Below are positions 1 through 15,272 of a stretch of 64,000 nucleotides of DNA, one piece after another. The translations under genes and the position numbers were made by a program. Each line of letters begins with the position of its first letter. The stretch's first letter is position 1. The stretch comes from Camelus ferus (taxonomy: Eukaryota): contig NC_045697.1 in the NCBI RefSeq assembly GCF_009834535.1, positions 43,836,001 to 43,900,000 of the forward strand, read 5' to 3'. The notes under the pieces are model-generated. The model saw only the letters and a list, made by a program, of their open reading frames with translations, did not search any database and was not told the DNA's origin.

Positions 1-178
1 ATTTTTCAATTAGGCTATTGACTTCTTTTCAGTTTCTGGGAACCTTGCATAGTAGAGACAATAGTCTTTTGTTATATGAATTGCTAGTTTATTTTCCCAA
101 TTTTGTCATGTGTTTTTGATTAGGTATTCCTTACTTCACTGGGATGCAGTGTTCAAACAAATGAAGGCAGTTAACTAA

Positions 179-466
<288 letters not shown>

Positions 467-1299
467 TAAAGCAACAGGATCATTTAGTGTCCTCACTGAA
501 ATCCAGCATAAGAAGTGCCAGTATTGGTTGAATAGCTGGTTTGCCAATTGCAGTGTGCTTCCTTTCTCAACACAAAAGCGACCATGGGGGCAAGGTATGT
601 ACTTCATTTTCACAAAATGAATTAGAATTTGGGAGGCCAGAGTAAGGATGTTAGGAGTGAAGGTAAAAATTCCATCCTCAACCTTTGGGTGTCTGAAAGA
701 ACTGTCATCCCTTCCTTTGATATGTTAGAGCCATAACAGTTCATATGTTCAGTTAAATCTTAATTTAAATGAACTGAGGCAGCCCTGTTAGCAGTTGCTC
801 TAATTATTTCTTTAAAACAGCTAATTTTATTATTTTCTTCTCCTTAGAAAAATAATTCATGTTTATTCTAAAAAATTCAGACAGTATAGAAATAGAAAGG
901 ATAGAAAGTAACAAGTTCTCCTTATCACCTCCCCCTCATCCCCAGGGGAAACTTCAGTTACAGTATGACACGTTGTATTCCTCTGGATTATTTTCTATGC
1001 ATGTTCTAATGCATGTGTGTATATTCTTTGTTCTTCAACAGACCGTTATTTTCTCAAGGGAAACGTCCATCTTGTTTGCCTTTTGTTACAGCAGTCATAG
1101 TATAACAAGTACAGGGTCATTAAATGCTTGAGTAAATTCTCAAGTAAACTTTCAGTTTATAGGAAACCTGGGTGAATTATGTAAATAATCATATAACACT
1201 TACATAAAGTGAATAATCTACCCTAGTTTGTCTTTCATATGTCTGAATTTCCTTAAGCAAAGCCCACCTATAATGATTTTTAGTGTGTAGAACAGTATC

Positions 1300-1720
1300 A
1301 CACCAATATATTTTTTAATTCAAAAAAACATTTGTTGAATACCTGCTGTGTATGAGACAGTGCAGGTATTGCATGGATGAAAGACAACATTGCTAACCTC
1401 ACAATTTAGTAGCTATCATGAGAATGGTACCCACAAGGGAGTTTACTGAAGACCACCTACCTTAGCCCAAGGGAGGAGGTCTAAGAGAACTTTTGGCAGG
1501 GTTGGGGTGGGGCGTGACCTTTGAACTCTGTCAGAATCAGATGGCAAGAGAAAGCTGGGCTGGAGGGTGAAGGTGACTCCAGGCAGAGGGAACAGCAGAT
1601 ACAGAGGCATGACTGTGAGGTCAAGAATATTACACTTGACAACTGCAGCTTGGAGTTTGTGTGTGGCTGATGATAGGATGGCGGCAGGAACTGCATGGTA
1701 AAGGCAACTCTGTCCCACTG
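1300..1720 (-). mobile_element. Old L2 LINE fragment
   Basis: Typical L2 3' motifs, e.g. catttgttgaatacctgctgtgt and ccaggcagagggaacagc. Confidence 0.55.
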
Positions 1721-3099
1721 ACCCAGTTGGGCTGTCTGACCATGCCAGGAGGTGCATACTTTGTTGATTTGGGGATTCACACATCCTGGTCAGTTTTCAT
1801 TCTGCATAACCATATGAATGAGGCTTCCGCCATATATCACTTCAGAATAATTATTGAACACATTTAGAGTAGCCTAATGTCAAAATCGTGGTTGTGAAAT
1901 TGTACTGTAAAGTTTCACAAGATGTTACCCTTGGGGAAACTAGATAAAGGATTCATCAGATCTCTGTATTTCTAGAAGTACAGAGATCTAAAAAAAATTT
2001 CCTGTGAATCTGTAATTATTTCAAAACAAAAAATTTGACTAAAAAAGAACATACTCAAACCAACTTTTTCTACTTTTTAAATTAACAAAATATGACCATT
2101 TTAGTTTTCTCTTAAGTGATTTTTTTTCTCCTTAGATAGAAAGGAATAGATATCTTACATCTCCTCCATTTTTCTCTGATTAGAAGAATCCAGAGTCTGT
2201 GCTGACGTACAGCAAAGCATTTAAATGAGTGTTTTTTATAGCTATTGCGGTGGTTTTTCTAACATGAATTTTAAAATGTTAAGTGCATCTCTTTCAAAGG
2301 ATGGGTTAAAAAACTTGGTCAAATTGTAATGTTTACATTACAGTTTCTTAAAGGCTGTATTTCATTAAGGATATATTTATAGCTCAGGGTTTTGCTTAAT
2401 AGATGACTAAACTGCTAATACATTAAATGATAAGTGAATTGCTATTAGGGTACATGGGTTAAAAGTGTTTTGTTGATGTTGTATATAATCTGCTAGCCAT
2501 GTGATAAACATTAGGTTGAATAATCATTGAAATAATCTCAACACACAGGTGTTACTTGGTTTTGTAAGCTGTTTCATAAAAACCACATCAAATATGTTTT
2601 TTGGTCATCGTGTTAATTCATTTTTAGTCGTTTGATGGAGTGCTTGTTTATCCTCAGCTTTCAAGGTTAGCTGGGTAATTAGCATTGCAGGGAAGGAGCA
2701 GTGTAATCTTGTGGTTAGTACTGTGGTTGGTGGGACTGACTCACTGTGCTACTGTAGTATCTGTCACCTTGGAAAGTTATTGAGCCTCTCTGCCTCAGGT
2801 TCCTAAAACTTAGAAATGGCCAGAACTTATGAGTGGCTAAAAGACAGTTGTTCCAAGGAGTCAATGGTGCAATGCATATATAGCTCTTAGAATAGCAGCA
2901 CGCTGGAAACACTCAGATACTGGCAGGAGTAATCATCATATTCTAAAACAAATAGAAGAGCATAGATGTTACTTCCACTTGAAACTACAGGGACCAAATC
3001 AAGGATAAGAGATCCAGTTCTGGCGCTCTGATGAAGAAGAGTCATTACAGTTTTTGACAAACTGTTTTATTGCACAGCGAAGCATGCTATGAATTGAGT

Positions 3100-3430
3100 C
3101 AGCAAACTTTTTCTGTGAAGGACCAGATAGTAAATATTTTAGGCTTTGTGGGCCATACCATCTTCGGTGCACTACAGCTACTGCACTCTGTGGCAGTGTG
3201 AAAGCAGCCACGTACACCAGGTAAGCAAATGGGTGTGCCTTGGTTTCAGTAACATTTTATTTCTGGACACTGGAATTTGAATTTCTTATTTTCATGTGGC
3301 ACAATACATTATTCTTTTTAAAATTTATTTTCAACCATCTAAAAAAGTAAAAACCATTCTTAGCTCATGGGCTGTATAAAAACAGGCAGTAGGCTGGATG
3401 TGGCTCACAGGCCATAGTTAACCCTTGGTA
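3100..3430. mobile_element. MER58B-like hAT DNA transposon relic
   Basis: Starts tcagcaaactttttctgtgaaggaccagatagtaaatattttaggctttgtgggcc and ends ggccatagttaacccttg. Confidence 0.75.
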
Positions 3431-4348
3431 TAAATCATACAAAAATATGTGATAATAGTTAACATTTAGTGCATACTTACATGCTTCAGACACTGTAGTC
3501 ACTCTGTGAAGTAGGTGCTGTTATTATCTCTACCCCTCTGTTTTCCTTTTAATAGACAAGTAACATAAGCCCGAGGGAGGTTGTGTAATTTGCCAAAATT
3601 CACACAACCAGTAAATGATAGAATCAGATTCAGACACTGGGCTCTCTGGTCCCACATCCTGAGTTCTTATCTTCCAGCAATGTTGAAAATTTTGGTTGTG
3701 CTCTTTATTTGTGGTTGAGTTTAGAATAATCACGTTTCATGATCTCTTGGAAGGAAAAGAACAATTGATATGTATTATTTATTCATGTAATTGCTCTATC
3801 TATTCATATTCTCACAATGAGTTTGCCCTTTATATTTGGGGGCAGTTAATACAAGATCACAGCCCCATTCCTACATAGACTGGCAAAAGCACTCCCACTT
3901 GCAAATCCAGATAATCTGTCTGCCTTCCTTCTTTACATCTGATTTCTGATTGCAGTGTTTCCCATACTCAAAACATTCACATGGTGTCAGCCTTATCTGA
4001 CATGCTCTGCAGTTTTCTCTTTGCTGAGAATTCTCATTATTATTGTCCCTCTCTTGTCTATGGAAATAGAACATACACCTGCTAAGCTGGGTGGTTAAAT
4101 AGCTAGATAAGGAAGTTGCTTTGTCTGGTTTGTTCGAAGGTGGGGATGAGAGAAGGAAAGAAAGCGGAATGAGTGGTGGGAATTTTTAGTTCTTTTCAAA
4201 GCTATTTCAAATACGAAGTTCTGATTCCTGGCAGTACTTCCGATGTTCACCTTTAATTCATATTTCTGCCTTAGTGCCTACCCCGAGCCATCTCTTGAGT
4301 AAATGTTTAAATAAATGTTTGAGCTATCATCTGAGGCTAAGGTATCTG

Positions 4349-4647
<299 letters not shown>

Positions 4648-5429
4648 TAAATGATGTAGGTATAAAATAAAATTGAAATATCTGTATCACAAAGCTGTCT
4701 ATTCCCTATCAAGCATCTGTAAGTTAGCAATATAAATAAGTCGCCATGTGTTTGTAAAGTCAAGAATGCTTCAGCCAAAGGAATGAAGAGATGAGCATTT
4801 TTATTCTGCACCACCTCCAGTACTTGTGTCAAGGATTCGAGGCACTTGCCTAGGTTTTCTAGGTGCATGCGTGGGAGTGTGTGTCTATGCCTATATATGC
4901 AGTTACACACATAGTTATAAATAATTATTTATTTATCCTGACAGATCTCTGAAGTGGGGAGAGACAGAAGAAATTATGCTCACTTTGCAAAAAGAGGAAC
5001 AGGGTCTTTCCCAGAGTCATGTTCCTAATCAGTGACAGAATAAAAGAGTGGTAGGACTCCCTCCTGTATCTCTTAAACAGATGGCTGCTTACATAGTGCT
5101 TCAGTAAGACAAAAAAGAGGAGTTGTTCAGCAGATAACAGTACTTTATATAGAGACAACTTAATGACTTACCTTGCCCTGATAGCGTTCGTCAGGTGAAG
5201 ACACTTTGAAAGGTCATTCCTGGAGGGGTAGTGTTAGGTGAGCTGTGATGTCCCTAAGAATATCTGATGTTGTCATCCTTTTGTCAGTGCTTTGTGACCT
5301 GATCCTCTTGTAGAAGAAGAAACACCCTGTCTTGTATGTAGGGAGGGGTATCTGGACTCTGATTCTCTATTAGGACATCTCAGTTTACTAGCTGTCTCAA
5401 TGTTTGAAAAAGAAATTTAGAGAAGCAAT

Positions 5430-5685
5430 AGCATATGGTGGGTAATATGTTGGACTCTGGGGCCAGACTGTCTTAGGTTTGCATCCTGGCCCCACTACTG
5501 ACTGCTGTATGACAGTCGACAAATTACTTTACCTCTTTATGCTTTAGTTTCCTCATCTGCAAAAAGACCAGTAGAATGAAACTACCTACACATTAGGGTT
5601 GTGATGAAGATTATGAGTTCACATGCTAGAGCTGTTAGAACAGTCTTAATACGTGAAAGCGGTATATATGTTAGCTATTGTTATT
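5430..5685 (+). mobile_element. MIR SINE
   Basis: MIR core: tgctttagtttcctcatctgcaaaa...agggttgtgatgaagatta. Confidence 0.7.
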
Positions 5686-5894
5686 TTGTTTGGCTGTTTG
5701 TAACATTTAAAATATTTTCTAATCATCCTTTATCCTAATTAAAGTCCAAGAATCAAAGTCTAGGAAGAGCATTTTACATTAAAAATATAATTTAAGATAA
5801 GTCATTTCCTAATTAGTGTTACTGTTGTTGTCTTATTTAGCAGTTTCTAAGAGATGGTGATATTAATCTTTTTAATGTTTTTCCTTGATTTTAG

Positions 5895-5980
5895 TATAGC
5901 TCTTGGAGCAGCATCCCTGCTTCTTGTCATCACCTACCCGCTAATGAAAAGGATTACGTACTGGCCTCAATTAGCCTTGG
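5895..5980 (+). CDS. COQ2: COQ2 coding exon 4
   Basis: tttag|TATAGCT...GCCTTGG|gtgagc, 86 bp. (S)[28 protein letters not shown]. Confidence 0.96.
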
Positions 5981-7734
5981 GTGAGCTTGAAATAACTATT
6001 AATTATATCCTTTGATAACCGCAAACTAAATTTTTATTTATAATATTGTACGTATGTATGTGTGTGTGTGATGTGGCAAAGATAAAAAGTCAGTCATGAA
6101 ATTTTCCAAACTAAGAATCAATTTTCATATTTCAAAGGAGATCAAATAGCCAGCTAAGAAATCCTGCATATTTACTAAGATGATCATTATTATTATTATC
6201 CAAAATGCTTTTTTAAAAATCTAGGTATGTCATGGAGAAAAAAATTAGCTCCTTGATCCTATCCCTCTTTATGTAGTTGATCTAAATTCCCTGAAGACTC
6301 TGGGAACTGGAGTAGAAAATGCTCTGAGGCAGGAGAACAAGAGTTAAAGTGTGTGTTAGCTTAGGCGGCTCCCTTCCTGTGGAGTCTTTGTTAGACCTCC
6401 CAGGAAGAAGTTAGCCAGTCTCTCCTGGGCTCCCCTAGCACTCTGGTGTGGACCTTAGTCATTTCAACAGCAGTGATTCAGCAAGAAGATATTTCGAGCC
6501 TGCCCTCTCTCCCCATTGTAAATGCCTAAAAGGTAAATCATTCTTTACGTGTGAATGGCACAGTATCAAACATAGCACTTGGCACATTGCAGGTATTGAA
6601 TAAATATTTGTTGGTAGAAAGAGGAAGATAGGTAGGTAAGTCAAAATCTGTTGCAGAAATAACTACTCCTAGACTTCTCTGTTCTATTCCTAGAATAGTC
6701 TAGAATATTCCTAGAAGTATTCTAGTTCTTTGAACTATTTTTTCAGTAAATAAAAGTACCAAAAGACACTTCAAGAAATTGATGGGAGCCTGACTTGTGA
6801 GAAAGTGGTAAAATATTTATCTTTTTCTGAGATCTCCTCATTTAATGTTGTGTTTCTTTTCATTATTTAAAAAAAAAATAGGACATGATATTCTCAACTG
6901 ACTTGAGAACCTTTTGGTTAAGGGAGGAGAAGCATTTCCTGTCTATAAGATTATGTTAAGAAAGCTGGTAAGCAGATTATTGCAGTACAGTGTAGTGACA
7001 TGCGTGAGTGCTGTGGGACCACAGAGAAGCACTTCATCAGCTGGGGAGGAGGGATTCTGAGTGGAAATAGGCAAAGTAGGAGGAGAAAAAGGATTTCTGG
7101 GAAAAGACATTTGGGACTCATTGAGTTTGAGGTACCTAAGAGACTTGCAGGTGAAGATGTCTAGCAGGCAGTTCAGTGTCTAGTCTGAAGCTCATGGAAG
7201 TGATCAAGCTTACTCACAGAGATTTAGGGGTTGTCAGCATGTAGTTGTTTGTTTGTAACTCAGGCCTCAGAGAGGGTGGACTTGTAGAACAAGTGTTCCT
7301 GTCTGTACTCTTGTTTCTGTAACTTTAAGGGGAAGCAGAGGGATAACAGAAAGAACACAGGAGTTTGACTGGGGTGGGTCTAGGTTCAGACCCCAGCATC
7401 TACTGTCTGTTGGCTGTGCCGGGCATCCTACTAGGTAGAATAAATGTTGTTCTCATGAAACCACCTATTTGTCAGGGGATAATATTCTTTCTGTTAGCTA
7501 TATTATTTTAATTGTTAACTAACCTCTCTGGTTCTGTGTGCTTTTTCTTTTTCTTTTTCTTTTTCTTTTTTTTTTTTTTTTTTTTTAGTAAAATGTGGCT
7601 AATAACTACCACAGAGGCTTGAGAAACTTTAGGGAAGAAACATGAGAAAATAGCCTACACAGAGCCGAACACATAGACGTACCCAATACATGCTGATGCC
7701 CTCTCCTTCCCTTTGGAATTCTCAAGTACATTGA

Positions 7735-7923
<189 letters not shown>

Positions 7924-8001
7924 TAACTTTGGTTTAATTGTTGTTATTTTTTAAGAACTTTAAAGTGAGAACCAAATTAAGGAAAAGTTTTTTCTTTAGA
8001 C

Positions 8002-11000
8002 TTTTTTTTAATTGAGATAGACAGTGGTTTGTTACATTATATAAGTTTCATATGTACATTATATTTCGACTTCTGTATACACTACAGTGTACTCACAAAC
8101 AAAAATTTAGCTTCCACTCACAATACAGTTCACCCCCCTTACCCATTTCATCCTCCCCTCACTCCCCCTTCCATTCTGGTAACCACTATTTGCTATATCT
8201 ATGTGTTTATTTTAATTTTGTTTGTTTGTTTGTTTATTCATATTCCCATATAAATGAAATTGTATGGTATTTGTGTTTTTCTGTCTGACTTATTTTACTT
8301 AGCATAATACCCTCAAGGTCCATGCTGTTGCAAATGGCAAGATTTTATCTTTTTTTAATGGCTGACTAGTATTTCATTGTACGTACATACCACATCTTTA
8401 TCCACTTACCTGTCAGTGGATATTTCCATATCTTGGCTATTGTAAATAATGCCATGATGACTATTGGGTACATGTATCTTTTTGAATTAGTGTTTATGTT
8501 TTCTTCAGATAAATACCCAGAAGTGGAATAGCTGAATCATATGATAGTTCTATTAATTTTTTGAGGAATCTCTATACTGTTTTCCATTGTGGCTGCACCA
8601 ATTTATATTCCCTTTTCTCTACATCCTTGTCAACACTTGTTATTTGTTGTCTTTTTGGTAATAGCCATTCTGACAGGTGAGAGGTGGTATCTCATTGTGG
8701 TTTTGATTTGCATTTCCATAGTAATTAGAGATGCTGAACATCTTTTCATGAGCCTGTTAGCCATGTTTGTCTTCTTTAGAAAATTTCTTTAGACAAATGG
8801 CTATTCAGATCCTTTGCCCGTTTTTTAATTGGGTTACTTGTTTTTTTTTTGTTGTTGAGTTTCTTATATATTTTGGATATTAACCCTTTACCAGATATGT
8901 GATTTGCAAATATCTTCTCCTACTTGATAGATCATCCTTTCATTTTGTTGATGATTTCCTTTGCTATGCAGAAAGAAGCTTTTTCGTTTGATATAGTCCT
9001 GTTTGTTTATTTCTGCTTTGTTTCCCTTGCCTGAGGAGACATATCTAGAAAGATATTGCTAAAACTGACCTCAAGGAGCATACTGCATATGTTTCCTTCT
9101 AGGAGTTTTATGGTTTCAGGTCTTACATTTGGTCTTTAATCCATTTTGAGTTAATTTTTGTATATGGTGTAAGGTAGTGGTCTAGTTTCATTCTTTAGCA
9201 CATGGCTGTCCAGTTTTCCCAACACCATTTGTTGAAGAGACTGTCACCCATTGTATGTTCTTTGCTCCTTTGTTGTAAATTAATTGTCCATTTATGTGTG
9301 GGTTTATTTCTGGGCTCTCAGTTCTGTTCCAATGATCTGTGTGTTTATTTTTCTGCCAATACCATGCCATTTAATTATTATAGCTTTGTAGTATAATTTG
9401 AAAACAGGAAATTTGATACTTTCAGCTTTGTTTTTTTTTTTTTTCCTCAGGATTACTTTGGTTATTTAGGGTCTTTTGTGGCTTCATACAAATTTTAGGA
9501 TTTTTTGTTTCATTTCTGTGAAAAATGTTGGTATTTTGATAGAAATTGCATTGAATCTGTAGACTGCTTTTGGTAATATGGACATTTTAACAGTGTTAAT
9601 TCTTCAAATTCTTGAGCTAGAATAACATTCCATTTCTTTGTGTCTTCATTTTCATTCAAGTGTCTCATAGTTTTCAGAGTACAGGTCTTTCACATCCTTG
9701 GTTAAATTTATTCCTAGGTATTTTATTCTTTTCTGTTGCAATTGTAAATGGGATTGTTTTTAAATTTCTCTTTCTGCTAGCTCATTATTAGTGTATAGAA
9801 ATGCAACAGATTTTGGTATATTGATTTTGTACCCTACAGATTTATTGTATGTGTTTATAATTTCTAATAGTTTTCTTGGTGGAATCTTTAGGGCTTTCTA
9901 TGTATAAAACTATGTTATCTGCAAATAGTGAGAGTTTTATTTCTACATTCCAGTTTGAGTACCTTTTGCTTATTTTTCTTGCCTAATTACTCTGACTAGG
10001 AATTCCAATACTATGTTGAATAAAAGTGGCAAGAGTGGGCATCCATGTCTTGTTTCTGATCTTAGAAGGACAGCTTTCAATTTTTCACTATTGAGTATGT
10101 TTGCTGTGGGTTTGTCATACATAGCCTTTATAATATTGAGGTACATTTCATTTTTACCCACTTTATTGAGAGTTTTTATCAAAAATGGTTGTCAAAATTT
10201 GTTAGGTGCTTTTTCTGCATTTATCGAGATGATCATGATTTTTATCCGTCATTTTATTAATATGATGTATCACATTGATTTGTGGATATTGAACCATCCT
10301 TGCATCCCTGGAATAAATCCCACTTGATCATGGTGTATGATTCTTTTAGCGTGTTGTTATTTTCAGTTTGCTAAATTTTGTTGAGAATTTTTGCATCTAT
10401 GTTCATCAGAGATATTGAACTGTAATTTTCCTTTTTTGTATTGTCTTTGTCTGGTTTTGGTATCTGGGTGATGTTGGCCTCGTAAAATAAGTTAGGAAGT
10501 GTTCTCTCCTCTTCAGTTTTTTAGAAGAGTTTGAGAAGAATAGGTATTAAATCTTCTTTGAATGTGTGGTTAGAATTCACTTGTGAAGCTGTCTGGTCCT
10601 GGATTTTTGTTTTAAGGGAGGTTTTTGATTAGTGATTCAATCTCCTTACTAGTGACCAGTCTATTCAGATTTTCTGTTTCTTCATGATTCTTTCTTGGAA
10701 GGTTGTATGATTGTAAGAATTTATCCATTTCTTCTAGGTTGTCCACTTCATTGACATATAGCTGTTCGTAGTTTTCTCTTATAATTTTCTGTATTTCTGT
10801 GGCATCCATTGTGATGTTTCGACTTCATCTCTGATTTTATCTATCTGAGCCTTCTCTCTTTTTTTTTAAGTGATTGTAGCTAAAAGTTTGTCAGTCTTGT
10901 TTATCTTTTCATTCATGTTTCACTGATTTTCTGTTGTATTTTGTTTTGTTTTGTTCTGTTTAGTCTTTTATTTCTACTTTATATTTTTATTATTTCTTCC

Positions 11001-14000
11001 TTTCTTCTGACTTTGGGCTTCATTTTTTTCTTCTTTTTCTACTTCCTTTAGGTGTAAGATTAGATTAAGTTTTGAGATTTTTCTTGTTTCTTGAGGTAAG
11101 CCTGTATTGCTTTTGCTGCATCCTGTAGATTTTGTTATATCATATTTTCATTTGTCTTCAGGTATTTTTTTTATTTCTCCTTTGATTTCTTTTTTGACCC
11201 AATATGTTCTTTAGCCTCTACATATTTGTGATTTTCTCAGCTTTCTTTTTGTAGCTGATTTCTAGTTTCATGCCATTGTGTTTAGAAATATTGCTTGATA
11301 TGATTTCAGCCTTCATAAATTTATTGAAACTTGTTTTGTATCCCAGCATATGATCTATCCTTGAGAATGTTCCATATGTACTTAAGAATGTGTATTCTGC
11401 TGCATCTGAATAAGTCTATTAAGTCCATCTGATCTGATGTTTCATTTAAGGCCACTGTTCCCTTGTTGACTTTCTATCTTAATCTATTAATTAATGTAAG
11501 TGAGGTGTTAAAGTCTCCTCCTATTATTTTGTTGCTGTGAATTTCTCCCTTTAGGTCTGTTAAATATTGCTTTAAATATTTTGGCCCCTAGGTAGGTTCA
11601 TATATTAATGTTATGCCTTCTTGATGAATTGTCCCCTTTATCATTATATAATGTTCATCTTTGTCTCTTGTTACCTTTTTTAGCTTGAAGTCTATTTTGT
11701 GTAATAGGAGTATGGCTACACCTGCTTTCTTTTGGATGCCATTTGCTTGGAGTATCATCTTCCATTGTTTGATTTTGAGCCTATGTTTGTCTTTAGAACT
11801 GAGATGAGTCTCCTGCAGACAGCATATAATGATTGTTGTTGTTGTTTTTAAAACCATCCAGCCACTGTGTCTTTTGACTGGTGAATTCACTCCATTTAGC
11901 TTGATGATTGATAAATTAGAACTTAGTACTGCCATTATATCTTTTGTTTTCTGGTTATTCTATATCTCTGTTGTTTCATGTTCCTTGTGCTTCTGTCTGC
12001 CATTTTAGTTTGGTGATATTTCTGTGATGTTTTTCTCAATTTTCTCTTTTTTTATGTTTCGTGTCTCTGCTCTAGATTTGTTTCATGGTTTCCACAGGGT
12101 TTGTATAAAACATCTCATAGATAAAATAGTTCTTTTCTGCTGATAGTATGTTATCATTTGCCTGTACAGGTTCCATCCTCTTCCTCTTTCCCCCTTTTAT
12201 CTTTTGTTGTTGTTGTTGTCTCAAAGTAGTCCTTTTTATATTTTAAGTTCATTATCAAATTGAAGTAGCTATGGTTATTTTTACTTTTTTCCCTTTAATC
12301 TTTATGCTATCATTAAATGTTTAAAACCTCTTCTGATACAGAGTTACTGTTTTCTGATTCTATTTATCACCTTAATCAAAGTTCGGTATATTTTTGCCTT
12401 TTCATTTCAGGTAGAAGATCTATTTCAACATTTCTTGTAAGGCAGGTCTAATGGTGATGTACTCCCTTAGCTTTTGTTTGTCTGGGAAAGCCTTTATTTC
12501 TCCTTCATATCTAAAGGGTACTTTACTGGATAGAGTATTCTTACCTGACAGGATTTATCTTTCAATATTTTGAGAATGTCATTCCACTCTCTCCTGGCCT
12601 GTAGTTTCTGCTGAGAAATCTGCTAATAGCTTAATGGGGTTCCTTTTTAGGTTACCATCCTTTTTCCCTGACCACCTCTCAAATTCTTTCTTTTCCATTG
12701 ACTTTTGACAGTTTTAATATAATGTATCTCATTGAAAGCCTTTTTGTGTTGGGGTAATTAGATGTTTTCCTAGCTTCATGGGCTTGTATATCCAGTTCCT
12801 TCCCCAGCTTTGGGAAGTTCTCAGATATTATTTCTTTAAATAAACTCTGTTCCTATCTCTCTCTCTTAACCTTCCAGGATACCCATTATCCTAATGTTGC
12901 CTTTTCTAATGGAGTCCTAATGAGTAATTCTTGCAGTTTGTTCATTTTTAAAGATCTTAGTTCTCTCTCCTCTTCTACCTGAACCATTTCTAAATTTCTG
13001 TCTTTAAGCTTGCTGATTTTCTCTTTTGTACAATCTGCTCTATTTCCAGTGCTTTCTGATACATTCTTCATCTTATTTATTGAGTTCTTCAGCTTCAGAA
13101 TTTCTGTTTGGTTCTTTTTTAAAGGTTTCATCACTGTGGTAAAGTGTTCCTTCTGTTCATTACTTTTATTCCTGAGCTCACTGAACTGCCTTTCTGAGTT
13201 ATTGTAGCTTATTGAATTTCTTCATAATGGCTATTTTGAACCGTCTGTCAGTTCGATGGCAGTGTTTCACTTATTTTAAATTTGGTTTCTGGAGAGTTGT
13301 TACGTTCTTTTTGTGATACTGTGTTACCACGGTTGACGAGTTGTTCCCCTGCCAGCTCATTTGAAGTAGTAAACATCTTTCTTCTTTAGGTAAAGCTTTG
13401 TTTACTTTGATTCTAACAGTTCAGTGGGTTGGTAATTGGAGGCCTATCTTCTGGTTTTTAGTAGGTGGTGCTATAGCACTATTTCGGTTTCTCTTACTTG
13501 AGCTGTCATTGGCCACATTTGAGAATCGACACTTTGCACCCTCCGCCACCTCTGCCAGGGTGATGCTTTTGTTGTTACTGTTAGTGCCTTGTTGCTACTG
13601 GTGTCACAGCTGCTGCTGGCATCACCACTGGGGGCACTTGGGATGGCGGGTGCCTCTGCTGTGCCGGGTCAGCTGGGTTGTGGGCACCACCACAGCAGCT
13701 GGAGATGGGATAGTGGCCAGGGTCGCGGGCACTTGCCACTGCAGGCTATGGGGGTAGAACTGGAGTCATGGGCACTGCCACAGCTGTAGGGCCTGGGTTG
13801 TGGACCCCACTGCTGCAGGCTGGGCAGGTGAAACCAGATTTGTGGGTGCTGCTGTGGCTGGAGGGACTCAAGTTGCAGGCCCAGCCACTGCTGCTGCCGG
13901 GTTCTTGGGGGCTGCAGATTCAGCTGCTACAGCTGGGCAACCAGGATCACAGGCACCATCTCCACTGGTCCAGCTCCTCTTGTGTTCCAGTCCACCAACC

Positions 14001-14147
14001 TTTAGATGTGCAGATGCAGATCTCTTCAGCGCCCTGATGTGGTAGGCAGACACCTTTGCTGAGTTACAGATGTTTCAGTAGTTGTAGACTGAAAGGGAGA
14101 GAGACAAAGGGAGCATCTCCTGCCACCATGATGCTGATGTCACCTCC
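8002..14147 (-). mobile_element. Near full-length, inactivated LINE-1 in COQ2 intron 5
   Basis: Poly-T tail at ~8002. ORF2 fragments at 9188-9370, 9970-10182, 10612-10809 and endonuclease 11588-11935 (CCLQETHL). ORF1 fragment at 12886-13134. GC-rich 5'UTR at ~13400-14147. Many stops and frameshifts. Confidence 0.93.
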
Positions 14148-14954
14148 TTGAAGATACTCTTTTTCTGAAAAAAAAAAAAAATCTTTCACGATTCCATGGC
14201 AACAACAGAATATTTTTGAAAACTCCTATTCTCACTGACACTTTTGTGATCCACATGATTAAGGACACAGTTTGTATCCTCAAGGTGCTTGTAGTTTGAA
14301 AGGAAAAACATATACTAACCCCCCACTCACTATTATTATTTGGATTTGGGCCCCCAGAAGATTGCCTGTCAGGTAACTATCTCTCTGCCTGTAGTTAGGT
14401 ACAGTGTTCAGCATGAAGCCTCTGATATCACGTGACCATGATTACAGCAGTATATGGAAATGCTCACAAATAAAATTGCCAGAGGAGACTATAGCCAGCC
14501 AGATCTGAGTGTATCATCAAACCTAGTTCTCCTTAAGCAGAAAGAATTTGATGGTAGAGAAAAAGGAATAAATTGAGCTAGAAGTGAAATGTGAGTGGAT
14601 GTGGTTAGGAGTGCAAGTGAGCATTTTTCTCCATCTGTGAATTTTAGCAAGACTGAAACTACAATGTACAGGAAACTACTGAGATTTGAGAACTCTGAAG
14701 TAAAGAGGAGCTACACAAAGAATTAGAGTTGAGTTTGACTTCTAATTTAGTAAAAGAACAGTTAAAAGTCATAGGGGTATAAGTACAATGATACATAGAA
14801 ATAGACCTGGAAGATAATTTTAGCAGTAACATTTAACTTTGATTTGGCCTGCACATTCATTATTGATCAACTGTGTTTCTGAGTTACTGTCATTTTTCAC
14901 AACTTACAGTATATCTGCATGTTTTTTAAAAGATAGTTTCTTCTGGATTTAAGT

Positions 14955-15054
14955 AGTAGTAATGGTTGCACAACCTTGTAAATATACTAAAACCACTGAA
15001 TCACATGCTTCAAAATGATGAGTTTTATGATATGTGAATTAAATCTCAGTAAAA
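14955..15054 (+). mobile_element. Old L1M 3'-end fragment
   Basis: gtaatggttgcacaaccttgtaaatatactaaaaccactgaat...gtgaattaaatctcagtaaa matches L1MB/MC-type 3' ends. Confidence 0.7.
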
Positions 15055-15083
15055 CCCAGTCTCTTATTACTTTCTGATGTCAG

Positions 15084-15272
15084 GACAAGAGAGATGATGC
15101 TCTGATTGGGCTTAAGTCCACAGCCTTACGGTTTCGTGAGGACACCAAGCAGTGGCTCAGTGGCTTCAGTGTGGCCATGCTGGGGGCTCTGAGCCTGGTG
15201 GGAGTGAACAGCAATCAGACTGCACCCTACTATGCTGCTCTGGCTGCTGTAGGAGTCCATCTGGTTCACCAG
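15084..15272 (+). CDS. COQ2: COQ2 coding exon 6
   Basis: gtcag|GACAAGAGA...CACCAG|gtttga, 189 bp. [63 protein letters not shown]. Confidence 0.96.

Noticed and set aside
6700..6725. Heat-shock element or hairpin in ctagaatattcctagaagtattctag
   Set aside because: Only one GAA-nn-TTC pair has correct spacing, and the palindrome has just 8-bp perfect arms.
13398..14053. Cluster of overlapping GC-rich ORFs
   Set aside because: They lie in the L1 5'UTR; stop-poor composition explains them and I see no protein-family signal.
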